Shown one piece after another: positions 24,920-34,363 of a DNA stretch of 64,000 nucleotides. The notes under the pieces are model-generated. The model was not told the origin of the DNA and did not search any database. It saw only the letters and a program-made list of their open reading frames with translations. The position numbers and the translations under genes were made by a program. The first letter of the stretch is position 1, and every line of letters starts with the position of its first letter. The stretch lies in the IMG/VR virus record IMGVR_UViG_3300028388_003769; one strand, 5' to 3'. The stretch is from an uncultured virus (IMG/VR IMGVR_UViG_3300028388_003769). Taxonomy: Duplodnaviria > Heunggongvirae > Uroviricota > Caudoviricetes.

Positions 24920-25210
24920 TTAATTTTTAAAATAAAGGGTACATACAGTAGTGTCAGTTGACGGATCAGAAGCTATTTCCAATGTAACAGCTTCGTCAGA
25001 ACTTTTAAAGATCTCAACCTGTTTCTGAGCTGATACTGGATTATTATCTACACTTATTCTCCGCTGAGCTTGGTCTTTTAGATCAAACGCTTGTTTAATG
25101 GCTTCTATTTGGCTATCCTCACAGTCGCTAACATCTTTACTAAAAGCTGCAACTCTTTTGTATTTGGGATCTTTAATGTCCTCTGCTATTTGTTTTAAAC
25201 TAAACTTCAT
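24920..25210 (-). CDS. hypothetical protein
   Basis: 96 aa ORF. Confidence 0.7.
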   Translation of the reverse strand: MKFSLKQIAEDIKDPKYKRVAAFSKDVSDCEDSQIEAIKQAFDLKDQAQRRISVDNNPVSAQKQVEIFKSSDEAVTLEIASDPSTDTTVCTLYFKN

Positions 25211-25311
25211 TATTCTTATATGTTTCCTATTGCTTTTTCTACTTCACTTGAGTCTAGTGTGTATTCTATCGGATCTTTGGGATTTCTAATTCCATTTTTA
25301 GCAGCAAGCTG

Positions 25312-25752
25312 TTACGACCACTCAGCTTTTAAGTATTCCTTAATAGCTTCTGAAGCATCGCGCTCAGATTCAAAAATTTCACTCAAACTCTCCTCATCCA
25401 ACATTCCCTCAACAACCTCAAAAGATTCCCCGAACTCTCGCTCAAAAACCTCTACTAACTTAGGACACTCTTTAGGCAAATCAGCAACCTTAAATGATAG
25501 TATAACAACATCTTCATCAGTATAGCTCTCATCATCAGTATTGTCATTAAACAGAGTAACTCTTAGTGTAAATGACTCAACACCTTCTAAACGATCTAAC
25601 TCAACATCTTCCACACTAATTGCTTCAATATATATTTTTGAAGCTTTTGATTTTGTATTTTCAATGTTGCTTCCAACTTTTTTTATCTGCTCTTTAAGCA
25701 ACAGTTGCTTTGCTATATCACTTAGAGATGGAGTGTAAGGATTTCGTCCCAT
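25312..25752 (-). CDS. acidic hypothetical protein
   Basis: 146 aa ORF. Confidence 0.7.
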   Translation of the reverse strand: MGRNPYTPSLSDIAKQLLLKEQIKKVGSNIENTKSKASKIYIEAISVEDVELDRLEGVESFTLRVTLFNDNTDDESYTDEDVVILSFKVADLPKECPKLVEVFEREFGESFEVVEGMLDEESLSEIFESERDASEAIKEYLKAEWS

Positions 25753-25797
25753 AGGATTTTTTATATTTTATTTTTGTGATTTATTATAAATATGTCT

Positions 25798-26139
25798 CTA
25801 CTTCCATAAAACCTGTACAGCTAGTAAAGCAGTTGCTAATAGCAAAGACACTACTGTCTTCGCATCCAAACCTTCAGATAGAAACCACCAAGTCATTACT
25901 GCAAACACCACTATACCGACAGCAAAAGAAATAAATCTAGACGGCCACAACAGCCCTTCATAGTACTCTACTGTGAATTTAGTTGCTATTATGAATAAGT
26001 AAGAAATACCTGTGCCAAATACAATCGAAACTGTTATTGGATGCTCTTTAACTATAGGCCAGACGAACTGACCGTTGACTTGCACCCAAATAAGAATTTG
26101 ACCGATAAGGTACAACAGTACTCCTAGAATTAAATTCAT
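25798..26139 (-). CDS. 4-TM membrane protein (SMR/DMT-like size and pattern)
   Basis: four hydrophobic helices in 113 aa. Confidence 0.65.
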   Translation of the reverse strand: MNLILGVLLYLIGQILIWVQVNGQFVWPIVKEHPITVSIVFGTGISYLFIIATKFTVEYYEGLLWPSRFISFAVGIVVFAVMTWWFLSEGLDAKTVVSLLLATALLAVQVLWK

Positions 26140-26176
26140 AATATAACATTATAGACGTTTACAACTGCAACAGTAG

Positions 26177-26374
26177 CTACTTGTTCTTTTTGTATGGAAA
26201 AGCTTTATTAAGCTTAGCTTGTCTCTTAGAACATCCACAATCTTCATTTCCAGTTGCAGCTTTTATTACTACTTTTGCCGGTCTATCTATTTTTGTATAT
26301 TTTGCAAACTTAGCAATTGTATCTCCCAAACCTCTTGAAGGTTGCGAAGTGTCCCATTCTTTATTGTTACTCAT
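26177..26374 (-). CDS. small phage hypothetical protein
   Basis: SRGLGDTIAK...DCGC..RQ.KLN..FPY motif. Confidence 0.7.
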   Translation of the reverse strand: MSNNKEWDTSQPSRGLGDTIAKFAKYTKIDRPAKVVIKAATGNEDCGCSKRQAKLNKAFPYKKNK

Positions 26375-26379
26375 ATCTT

Positions 26380-27189
26380 TTATTTTTTATTTCCCAAAGG
26401 AACCCATATTGTCTTTTCAGTTCCTTTTTTACTTATTTGTACTTTGTCTTTATGATTAGGATCTATCTCAACCTTATACATCTTACCCTTAAATTCGAAT
26501 TCCTCCCTACCTGCTTTATATGCTTTAGCAAATGCTTTTTGAAATGCTGTTTTGTCACCACCTCTTACTTCGATCTTTTTTAATAACTTAGGAGCTATCA
26601 TACTTGTTTGTTTAATAATTTCACCTGGACCGTCACCTACTTTAAAGGTAGGATCTAACTCATCACGAACATCACCAGCTTTTCGAATTAATTGTTTAAT
26701 TTGCTGCATTGACATTGTTTGTAAGGAGTCCATTGTATACTTCTCAAAATCGGGACCGGCCTTTTTAAGAAATTCAATAGCTGTTTGTTTATCTATTTTT
26801 GGTCCATCTTGACCAGAGCCTATTAGTGGAAGCAGTATTATAGCTGCTCCTAGTGCTAAGTTCTTTGTTGCTTTCTTTAACTCAGGTTGTTTTGAAATTG
26901 ATAAAAAAGCTTTTTTTGCTCTATCTACTAGTCCATCTATCTTATCCAAGTCTTTGAGGTCTACTTCACAAATAGTGTTAGTATTAACATTAGTTACTTT
27001 AACATTCTCACAATACACATACTGTAGTAGAGCCAATCCGGAGGGATGTGGATCAATTAAAGATACTTTTGACTCGTTAAATACAGTTTTTGCAAGTTGT
27101 TTTGAATCGCTTAACCGCAACAACTCAGAAAACAAAAGTAAATATATATTTTTATTATCTTTTATTTCTTGCTTTAATTCTTTTTTCAT
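26380..27189 (-). CDS. hypothetical protein
   Basis: 269 aa; C-terminal F..AF..A...G...F.F.GK.Y motif. Confidence 0.7.
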   Translation of the reverse strand: MKKELKQEIKDNKNIYLLLFSELLRLSDSKQLAKTVFNESKVSLIDPHPSGLALLQYVYCENVKVTNVNTNTICEVDLKDLDKIDGLVDRAKKAFLSISKQPELKKATKNLALGAAIILLPLIGSGQDGPKIDKQTAIEFLKKAGPDFEKYTMDSLQTMSMQQIKQLIRKAGDVRDELDPTFKVGDGPGEIIKQTSMIAPKLLKKIEVRGGDKTAFQKAFAKAYKAGREEFEFKGKMYKVEIDPNHKDKVQISKKGTEKTIWVPLGNKK

Positions 27190-27475
27190 ACTCTTTTCTC
27201 CAAGGTGATTTTTTCAATGCTTGTTTATATGCTTCAAGTTTCAATTTTACAGTTAGAACTCTACGTAGTTTAGACTCTAAACGTTCTTTGTTTGTTGGAG
27301 TTCTGTTCTTATTGTACTGAGATCTTAGTTTATTAGCTTTAATGCGTTCTTCAGTATATTGTTTTTTTCTCTTTTTATACTCCTTATATATTTCGATGTA
27401 CTCTTCTACAGAGTCTATTGTAGCAAGTAACCCCCCTACTTCAGTTTCTAGCTTTTGTCTTTGCTGCTTGTCCAT
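27155..27475 (-). CDS. basic coiled-coil hypothetical protein
   Basis: 106 aa, overlaps both neighbours. Confidence 0.6.
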   Translation of the reverse strand: MDKQQRQKLETEVGGLLATIDSVEEYIEIYKEYKKRKKQYTEERIKANKLRSQYNKNRTPTNKERLESKLRRVLTVKLKLEAYKQALKKSPWRKEYEKRIKARNKR

Positions 27476-28641
27476 AATATGTTAGATATTAAATGCTTTA
27501 AAGTTGTAAATTGTGACAAGTTAACTTTTTTAGGTTCTTTAAAAATTTCAAAATTTTCATCTATAGTAATTTGTTTTTCGATATCTAAGTTACCTACTTT
27601 ATGTATTTTAGTTGTAACTTTTCCATCAGATTCTTTAGTATGTAGGTAGGCAACTAATAGTTGATTAGACTTCACCTCTTCATCTTCGTTTATTGTTTTA
27701 GACCATGCTTGAGCATACTTGTATGCTGGAACGGCATCTACAATACCTCTACCAGACTCTATATCATAACCAGAGTCTTCTATATCTAAACACGTTTCTA
27801 AAATTAAACTATAGACTCGATCTCGTCTTGCTATTTTCTCTGATAAGCTTTTTGGAGTACCGAGTATCTTAGTGACGTACTCTAATATCAAACAAAAAAC
27901 CCCAGTAGTGAAAGGAGCAGCCATAGAGGTTCCCGATAGTACTGCTAACCCTCGACCTTCTGACATTTTTAGAGGGAATGTGCTGAGGATTTTACTTCCT
28001 GGAGCAGATACATCAATCTGGTGTCCTTTGGTAGAGAAATCAGTTACTTGGTTATTATCTGTTGTAGCTCCTACTGCTAGGCAGTACTTATCGTAAGAGG
28101 CCGGATAGAAGTTTTGAACCTTTCCTGTATTACCTGCAGCAGCTACTATTATTATACCAGCTTCGTAAGCTCTTCTGCACGCATCTTTTAAAGCAGGCAC
28201 ATCAGCAGCTAATCCCAAAGACATATTAATAACATCAACCCCATCAGCAATAGCCTGGTCTAATGCGTCAACTAAAAAGCTTATACTACCTGATCCATTG
28301 TCCATTACTTTATAGATGTATAAAGACACGCCAGGAGATACTCCAATTGTATATTTTTTATTATAGGTAGCAGCAACTGTTCCGGCAACGTGAGTTCCAT
28401 GACCTGCTCTGTCCTCTAAACCCGTTCCTGTAAAGTCACGATACTGTTCGATATGAAAGTCTAATAACGACTTATCAATGCCCGTATCCATAATTGCTAC
28501 TTTAATTCCACTACCTGTTAAACCCTTTTCATGTAGCTTTGCAATATTAAACTTACGTAAACTCCAAGGGATGAGCTCGCCTTGTTGTGGAAGGATTACG
28601 TCCTGAGAGTTTATAAAGTAAGGAGGTGTGTGTATTTGCAT
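27448..28641 (-). CDS. S8 (subtilisin-like) serine protease
   Basis: catalytic motifs AIMDTGID, HGTHVAG, AAAGN, SGTSMAAP. Confidence 0.95.
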   Translation of the reverse strand: MQIHTPPYFINSQDVILPQQGELIPWSLRKFNIAKLHEKGLTGSGIKVAIMDTGIDKSLLDFHIEQYRDFTGTGLEDRAGHGTHVAGTVAATYNKKYTIGVSPGVSLYIYKVMDNGSGSISFLVDALDQAIADGVDVINMSLGLAADVPALKDACRRAYEAGIIIVAAAGNTGKVQNFYPASYDKYCLAVGATTDNNQVTDFSTKGHQIDVSAPGSKILSTFPLKMSEGRGLAVLSGTSMAAPFTTGVFCLILEYVTKILGTPKSLSEKIARRDRVYSLILETCLDIEDSGYDIESGRGIVDAVPAYKYAQAWSKTINEDEEVKSNQLLVAYLHTKESDGKVTTKIHKVGNLDIEKQITIDENFEIFKEPKKVNLSQFTTLKHLISNILWTSSKDKS

Positions 28642-28663
28642 ATTGTGATCGTTAGTGTATAAT

Positions 28664-29047
28664 TTAATTTAACTTTGTAATTAAAACTCTAGACCACTTG
28701 CCATATTTAGGATGTCCAGGTCCAGCTGCAAGTGGTATTAGTATATCTATCTTTTTACGCATCCTCTCTGCCATTGTGTCTTTTACTACAAAAATCCCGT
28801 CATGAACGCCTGCTCCTTTAACACATACTTTTGAATTATAAGGAAACTTAGACAGCAGGTCTCTAGAGACTGCGATCCACCTAGGAGGACGAATTGGATT
28901 AAACACATCTCCTGTAGCGGTCATGTGTGGAGTGTCGTCTGTTTGAGACCGTACTCCTTGATACACAGTGGCTGTGACGTACTCTTTAGGAGGGTCTTCA
29001 CCCGGTAAGGTAACAGTAATTAATAGAAATAGTATTAATAGTTTCAT
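28664..29047 (-). CDS. 3D-domain (MltA-like) cell-wall protein with signal peptide
   Basis: TATVY...QTDDTP..TA.G, IAVSRDL, VKDTM, IDI. Confidence 0.8.
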   Translation of the reverse strand: MKLLILFLLITVTLPGEDPPKEYVTATVYQGVRSQTDDTPHMTATGDVFNPIRPPRWIAVSRDLLSKFPYNSKVCVKGAGVHDGIFVVKDTMAERMRKKIDILIPLAAGPGHPKYGKWSRVLITKLN

Positions 29048-29916
29048 TTATCTATAACGCTTTTTTTATATTGTAGCCATTTTTTTAAGCTTTTGGTTAG
29101 ATTTTTTTTCTTTTTTTTATCTTTTGTATTCTTCAAAGCTGCTCGAGCTCTTTGTATCATTAAAAGAGTTGCTCTTACCTTATGAGCTTCGTCGTCTAAC
29201 GAGTTGAGCTGTTTAATAGATATGTCAGTTTCCAGCGGAGTTTTGAATCCTAAATCAACACTATCATCAGCAGGACCTTTGTTAAAAAGATCTAGTTGAT
29301 ATTTTGTTAATGGATTTCCTTGAGCATCGGTATCTTTAATATCCTTTTCATCGGGTTTGTCTTTGTCGCCACTAGGAACTTCCAAAAACTTAAATACATC
29401 AGCCATACGATCAACATTTCCCAATGCATCACCTATATCCTGTTGAGTAGCTCCTGTTAAGTTTACTACCTTACACGGACCAAGTAAGAGGTCTTCTTGA
29501 ACCAAGTCAACAGCCATAAGGTGCAAGTCCTCTCTGTCAAATGGAAAGAACTTATTCTTATATTGAAACACTCTCGGAAGTCTTGTACTGTTTTTAAACT
29601 TACTATACAGCACTGAAGCTCTTATTATTTTGTATGGAGGATAGACTGTGCTAACTCTTACAAACTTTTCTACTCCTATTTTATCTATTAAACCTGTAAC
29701 ACGATCTCGACCTCCTTCAATCATATACTTCTTTCTAAAGTATTTGTGTAGTGTTAATAAGCAATCTACATGTATCATTTGCCACTTCTTTGGAAACGAT
29801 GGAAGCTTTGGCAGTTGATCTACTCTGTATGCTTGTTTTGTAAACTTTTTAAAGTTTCTCTGAAAGATGTTTGTTTTTTCTGAATCTTTATCACTTTCCA
29901 GAATCAATCTCCTCAT
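29044..29916 (-). CDS. hypothetical protein
   Basis: 290 aa ORF. Confidence 0.7.
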   Translation of the reverse strand: MRRLILESDKDSEKTNIFQRNFKKFTKQAYRVDQLPKLPSFPKKWQMIHVDCLLTLHKYFRKKYMIEGGRDRVTGLIDKIGVEKFVRVSTVYPPYKIIRASVLYSKFKNSTRLPRVFQYKNKFFPFDREDLHLMAVDLVQEDLLLGPCKVVNLTGATQQDIGDALGNVDRMADVFKFLEVPSGDKDKPDEKDIKDTDAQGNPLTKYQLDLFNKGPADDSVDLGFKTPLETDISIKQLNSLDDEAHKVRATLLMIQRARAALKNTKDKKKKKNLTKSLKKWLQYKKSVIDK

Positions 29917-30091
29917 CAGTTAAATTTTTGAAAGCCAAACCCTCTGTTGTACCTTTAAGCTTTTCAAGATATTCAACAAACTCATCAAAGGTATCAGCAT
30001 TGTAATCAATATCGTAATATACTAAAAAATCTTTTAATTGTGCAAGATCTAGTATAGTTTTTTTTAAAATTTTACTAAAATCCTCAACCAT
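29891..30091 (-). CDS. hypothetical protein (start probably MVEDF)
   Basis: coupled to neighbours. Confidence 0.55.
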   Translation of the reverse strand: MVEDFSKILKKTILDLAQLKDFLVYYDIDYNADTFDEFVEYLEKLKGTTEGLAFKNLTDEEIDSGK

Positions 30092-30503
30092 CTTGTTTTT
30101 GTTTTTTTGCTTTAATTTCATTTGGTCTTGGAGTTCTCTTTAGTGTTTTAAATAGCAACTCATAAAAAGAAGTAGCAGCAGCATAGGAAAAGAACAGACT
30201 CATCAAATTACCTGTACCTGTAAAGTAGAAGCCAGCTCCTAACACAACAGCAACCGCTAGGACTCTGTACACAGATTTATCTATATTTTTTAAAAAAGGA
30301 ACATAAGCGCTTAAATATCCTGTAATGACTACAAGAAATACAAACACCCACTCAACTCCTTTAGTAAAAGTATCAACACTGATATATGTATCGGAATCAA
30401 TACCCTCCGACATTCCTACAGTGTCTATAACCATTTGTGTCGAATCACCAAATAGCGAAATTGTCAAAAGACCAAACACAACTGTTAAAATTAACTTTTT
30501 CAT
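30084..30503 (-). CDS. membrane protein, possible holin-like
   Basis: signal/TM segment plus 3 hydrophobic segments, basic C-terminus. Confidence 0.55.
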   Translation of the reverse strand: MKKLILTVVFGLLTISLFGDSTQMVIDTVGMSEGIDSDTYISVDTFTKGVEWVFVFLVVITGYLSAYVPFLKNIDKSVYRVLAVAVVLGAGFYFTGTGNLMSLFFSYAAATSFYELLFKTLKRTPRPNEIKAKKQKQDG

Positions 30504-30545
30504 ACTTACTACATTTTATTTGTAATAAATATAAAAAACTACTTC

Positions 30546-30767
30546 CTAAAAAGGAAGATCCTCAGTAGATCTTTTTAACCGCTCTAACTCATCATGCATT
30601 AAAGCAAACGTGTCTAAAGGAACAACTACTTGAACAAAAGGCTCATTTGTAGATTCAGGTTCAGTTAGGTACCATGATGGTGGCATTACGCCTTGAGACA
30701 TTTTAAGTACGTGCTTAGTCTGTATCCACAGAAGTACTGCTGGTTTCACTGGCTTCGGAAGCTGCAT
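30546..30767 (-). CDS. hypothetical protein
   Basis: 73 aa ORF. Confidence 0.5.
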   Translation of the reverse strand: MQLPKPVKPAVLLWIQTKHVLKMSQGVMPPSWYLTEPESTNEPFVQVVVPLDTFALMHDELERLKRSTEDLPF

Positions 30768-30912
30768 GAACTTTATTTTGTATTTGTACTAGTATGTTTT
30801 GTTTTAAGCTTTCTAACTGATCAATTGCTGATTTATAAGCTACTAGGTTGTACTCAATACTTCCTAGCTCTTGATACAACTCTTGAACGGTTAGATCTTT
30901 ATAATTCTCCAT
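30715..30912 (-). CDS. small coiled-coil protein
   Basis: 65 aa ORF. Confidence 0.55.
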   Translation of the reverse strand: MENYKDLTVQELYQELGSIEYNLVAYKSAIDQLESLKQNILVQIQNKVHAASEASETSSTSVDTD

Positions 30913-31407
30913 TTAAAATTGAAGTTTTAGTTTTTTACCAACGACATTATCCACTAACAAAAAGTAACAATTATAACATAACCATCTTAAATTGGACAAC
31001 TTATGGTTGGTTTTATCACCATCTATCCAATCAAGCATCAAAGGTACAGCACCATCTATAAATCTTTTTTCATTAAATCCACAATGCTGACATTGATGTG
31101 GTATTATGTTAGACTTTAGTAATCTATTACGTAAGCGAACGGGACTGTAGTTGGGATGTTGGCCTTCCAATACGGACTGTAGTTTGTAATACCCAGAATA
31201 GTTTACAGATCCTTTAGATATCCCTTTTCCACTCTGATTTTTATGCAGCTCGTATAGACTTAGACCAGTAGTCTCATCTGTATATATTTTTGCATATTTT
31301 TTATAGGTGTTAAATGAAACGTGTAAAAACGCTGCAGCAGCTCGATTGGAGTTAGTATTTTCCATCGCATATCTAATTCTACTTTCAGATAAGTCTAATC
31401 GCTTCAT
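30913..31407 (-). CDS. HTH + HNH-like endonuclease (catalytic His apparently replaced)
   Basis: CQHCG...LDWIDGDKTNHKLSNLRWLCYNCY. Confidence 0.8.
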   Translation of the reverse strand: MKRLDLSESRIRYAMENTNSNRAAAAFLHVSFNTYKKYAKIYTDETTGLSLYELHKNQSGKGISKGSVNYSGYYKLQSVLEGQHPNYSPVRLRNRLLKSNIIPHQCQHCGFNEKRFIDGAVPLMLDWIDGDKTNHKLSNLRWLCYNCYFLLVDNVVGKKLKLQF

Positions 31408-31685
31408 TGCTTTTTAATAAAATGTCCTACTCCCAACTGCTTAAAGTTTTGCTCCTTTAACACCTTAACATACTGCTCAATATCCTCTATAGTACAATTT
31501 GAAAACAAACTAGCTCTACCTTTATTGCTGTTAAGGATTGTAGCAATTTGTTCAGCTTGTCCCGTTGTAACGATAAAATTAGAGTAAAGCGCTAAAGCAA
31601 GACTTACGGCCTGCTCAGTCGTGAGTCTTGTACTAGGTTGAAGTCTCTCCAAATAGAGGGTGTACATACTTGATTCTGAATCCAT
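31404..31685 (-). CDS. hypothetical protein
   Basis: 93 aa ORF. Confidence 0.6.
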   Translation of the reverse strand: MDSESSMYTLYLERLQPSTRLTTEQAVSLALALYSNFIVTTGQAEQIATILNSNKGRASLFSNCTIEDIEQYVKVLKEQNFKQLGVGHFIKKQ

Positions 31686-31846
31686 GTTCGTAACTTATAA
31701 AGGGTGTATAAATAAGGAGAATGCACAGTGGCTTTTATTGGCCTATTTGAAACTAGGTCGATTGTGTAAATTAAACATTTTTTGTGATTCTCAAAATTAA
31801 CTAAAACAGTTTTTTTATAGAACATAGCAAAATAATATACTTAAAA

Positions 31847-32071
31847 TTAGGAATTAAGAACATCCCCATACTGTTCTCGCAACACTGCGCACTTTTCAAA
31901 AGCTCCAAGTCTTACAAAGTAATCTAACACTCCTTCGAGTAGAATCTGCTTTTGTTGGAGATTCATTTTAGGAGGCCACAGTACTTCGTCTGAAGTATCA
32001 GTCAGTATGTTGAATAAATCTTCAAATACAATACTTAATACTTCATCTTGTCTTTTTGGCTGCTTGCTCAT
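31847..32071 (-). CDS. hypothetical protein with UVR-like C-terminus
   Basis: YF....FEKCAVLRE. Confidence 0.6.
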   Translation of the reverse strand: MSKQPKRQDEVLSIVFEDLFNILTDTSDEVLWPPKMNLQQKQILLEGVLDYFVRLGAFEKCAVLREQYGDVLNS

Positions 32072-32118
32072 AAAGGGTTATTCTTTGTTATAAATATATT
32101 ACTTATTTATGGTAAATC

Positions 32119-32904
32119 TTAAAAGCTTAATTTTTGTAGTTTTTTGTTTTTAAACTTTTGCCAAACAGCGTGTTGTTTTTGTTTATCACTCTTTAAGCTC
32201 TGCAACTTCTCCACTAGCCGTTGAACTTCTTCCTTAGTATATAATTTACTGTATAGGCTACTATCTAAAGGACCGTCTGCAAATATAACAGATCCTGTTC
32301 CGTAGTGGTCTTTACTCGAGTCTCTATTATCTATTCCATCAAACCCACTCTTCTGTAATATCAAATTACTCAAAAGAACGGTAGCTTTTCTACCACCACT
32401 TCCAAGACTTTGAATCTGGTTATAATACTCTCTCACTCCAGACTCAACATCAGATCTTGAAAGCTTAATACCAGCATCCTGACCTACAGCAGTTTCCCAC
32501 CATTCAATAATTTCTTGTAATGTATTTTGAGCATCTTGAGCAATTTGCTTTTCTTCCCAACTATCTAACTTTTTTAACTCATCTGGCTCTATAGGAACAT
32601 TTTCTTTAGCTAAATCCATAATAAAAGCAGCACTTGCTTGTACTCCATCATAGAAAGTATCAGCATCTTTAACAGTAAAGAGCTTTAGAGAGTCTAAGTT
32701 TATAATTTGTACAGGTCTTTTCTGCTTGTAAGCTTGTACTAAAGCTAGTAGTTCATTTCCATAAAAATAATGTCCTGTACCTAACCAACCTGTTTTAGAT
32801 CCTGAACTACCAGGTACGGATATTCCAGACACAGAACCTCCTCTATCAGTTAGAGTCTCTGAAGGGTTTTTTAGATCGCCAGCATGATATCCAAAATTAC
32901 TCAT
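32119..32904 (-). CDS. hypothetical protein with weak ADP-ribosyltransferase-like pattern
   Basis: N-terminal YH.G, G.G.YF, GFDGI motifs. Confidence 0.5.
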   Translation of the reverse strand: MSNFGYHAGDLKNPSETLTDRGGSVSGISVPGSSGSKTGWLGTGHYFYGNELLALVQAYKQKRPVQIINLDSLKLFTVKDADTFYDGVQASAAFIMDLAKENVPIEPDELKKLDSWEEKQIAQDAQNTLQEIIEWWETAVGQDAGIKLSRSDVESGVREYYNQIQSLGSGGRKATVLLSNLILQKSGFDGIDNRDSSKDHYGTGSVIFADGPLDSSLYSKLYTKEEVQRLVEKLQSLKSDKQKQHAVWQKFKNKKLQKLSF

Positions 32905-33124
32905 TTAATATTTTCCATTTATACACTGCGTCAGTGGTTTGAAAGGTGCTGTTGTCTAAAATTTTCTCTACAACAGATGTGCTCCAACCAGCACCTAAAT
33001 GAAACCGATATCCTATTGCAGGTGGGTTAAATAAACTTTCAGATATCTCTGAAGATCTTGACCATTGTTTTTTTGAGTTTGATTTATTAGAAAGATCTTT
33101 AACTTTCTTAATTTGTATTTGCAT
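32897..33124 (-). CDS. hypothetical protein
   Basis: WSTSVVEKI....TFQT...VY. Confidence 0.6.
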   Translation of the reverse strand: MQIQIKKVKDLSNKSNSKKQWSRSSEISESLFNPPAIGYRFHLGAGWSTSVVEKILDNSTFQTTDAVYKWKILNE

Positions 33125-33145
33125 ATATTAAAACTTTTAAAAAAA

Positions 33146-33487
33146 TTATATATCTAACTCCACATCTTCGGGTTCTTCTTCTCCGCCTTGCTCTGAAGCT
33201 GGTTCGTCCTCTTGTTGAGAGTCGTCTGCTTTATTTTCTGAATCTTTATCAAAATCGTTTAATTGATCTCTAGTTAGGGTAATTGAACCAATTCTAACAT
33301 GATCTATGTCTAAAAATCTAAATTCTATCGGTTTACCGGAATCGGTGTACCCAACTCCTTTACGAGAGTTAATGAGATCTTCTGGTTCTGAAACGGTTAA
33401 GTACTGTCCGTCAACATATACTCTAAAGTCTAGTCCTAGAGAAAGATAGTCGGATATTAGATTTATATCGAAGTACTGATGATTCAT
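33146..33487 (-). CDS. hypothetical protein with acidic tail
   Basis: 113 aa ORF. Confidence 0.65.
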   Translation of the reverse strand: MNHQYFDINLISDYLSLGLDFRVYVDGQYLTVSEPEDLINSRKGVGYTDSGKPIEFRFLDIDHVRIGSITLTRDQLNDFDKDSENKADDSQQEDEPASEQGGEEEPEDVELDI

Positions 33488-33513
33488 ATGTTTGTTTATT
33501 TATAAATATGAAA

Positions 33514-34344
33514 TTAATATTTAATTCCTTTTACGGTGTGCCCTTTAGGACCATGTAGATTGTTTTTGTATAATCTAGGCTCCATACCCCACTTATACTT
33601 AAATGTTTCTCTAGCAGCTATTTCAGATTGAGTAAACATTAGGCTCTCTTTACCTTTTTTTGTAGCTGTAGAACCAAAATGATAAAAACTTAAACTATGT
33701 GTTCTTACTAAGTCTGAATCACTAAGTTGTAGTTTGAGAAAGAAATCCCAATCGCATATGAAAGGAGAAGGATACAGTGTGTCGAATCCTCCCACTCTCA
33801 TGTAGTCCTTCTTACGTATAAGAAATGGAAATATACCACCATCAGGTGTAGTTATGTTCGGCTTTGCCAATTCTCGTTCGTACTTGAGAAACTCTTCGTA
33901 CTTAAACTCATTAGCACTAGTGCCGAAATCTTTAATATGGAATCCAAAAATACTTGGACCTTTTGGTTCTATTTGGTTAATAGTTACAACAGTTGTTGAT
34001 TTATTATTGGAAGATACTATAGGATTCCTATAGTCTAGCAATCTAGTGTCCCAATCTTCACATAGAACGTTATCGTCATTTATTATTAATAGTAGAGAGT
34101 TTGAAGCATTAAATGCTCCTACATTTAAAGCATGCTGCATGCCTTGGTTCTCCTCGAGATCAACAATGTGAACATACGAAAATTGTTTATATTTTTCTAA
34201 CACACTCTCACTCTCTTCGTAAAATCCATCAACAACTACAAGAATCTCGTTTTTAAAGACTTGGTTTTGTATTGCTGATTTTAAACATAAATCAAGGTAC
34301 TCGGGGTTTCTATAGGTTGGTATTATTAGACTTAATTCATTCAT
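33514..34344 (-). CDS. GT2 glycosyltransferase (start at MNELS)
   Basis: SLIIPTY, VVVDG, INDDN, GGFD. Confidence 0.9.
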   Translation of the reverse strand: MNELSLIIPTYRNPEYLDLCLKSAIQNQVFKNEILVVVDGFYEESESVLEKYKQFSYVHIVDLEENQGMQHALNVGAFNASNSLLLIINDDNVLCEDWDTRLLDYRNPIVSSNNKSTTVVTINQIEPKGPSIFGFHIKDFGTSANEFKYEEFLKYERELAKPNITTPDGGIFPFLIRKKDYMRVGGFDTLYPSPFICDWDFFLKLQLSDSDLVRTHSLSFYHFGSTATKKGKESLMFTQSEIAARETFKYKWGMEPRLYKNNLHGPKGHTVKGIKY

Positions 34345-34363
34345 AACTTCAATATACGTAATT

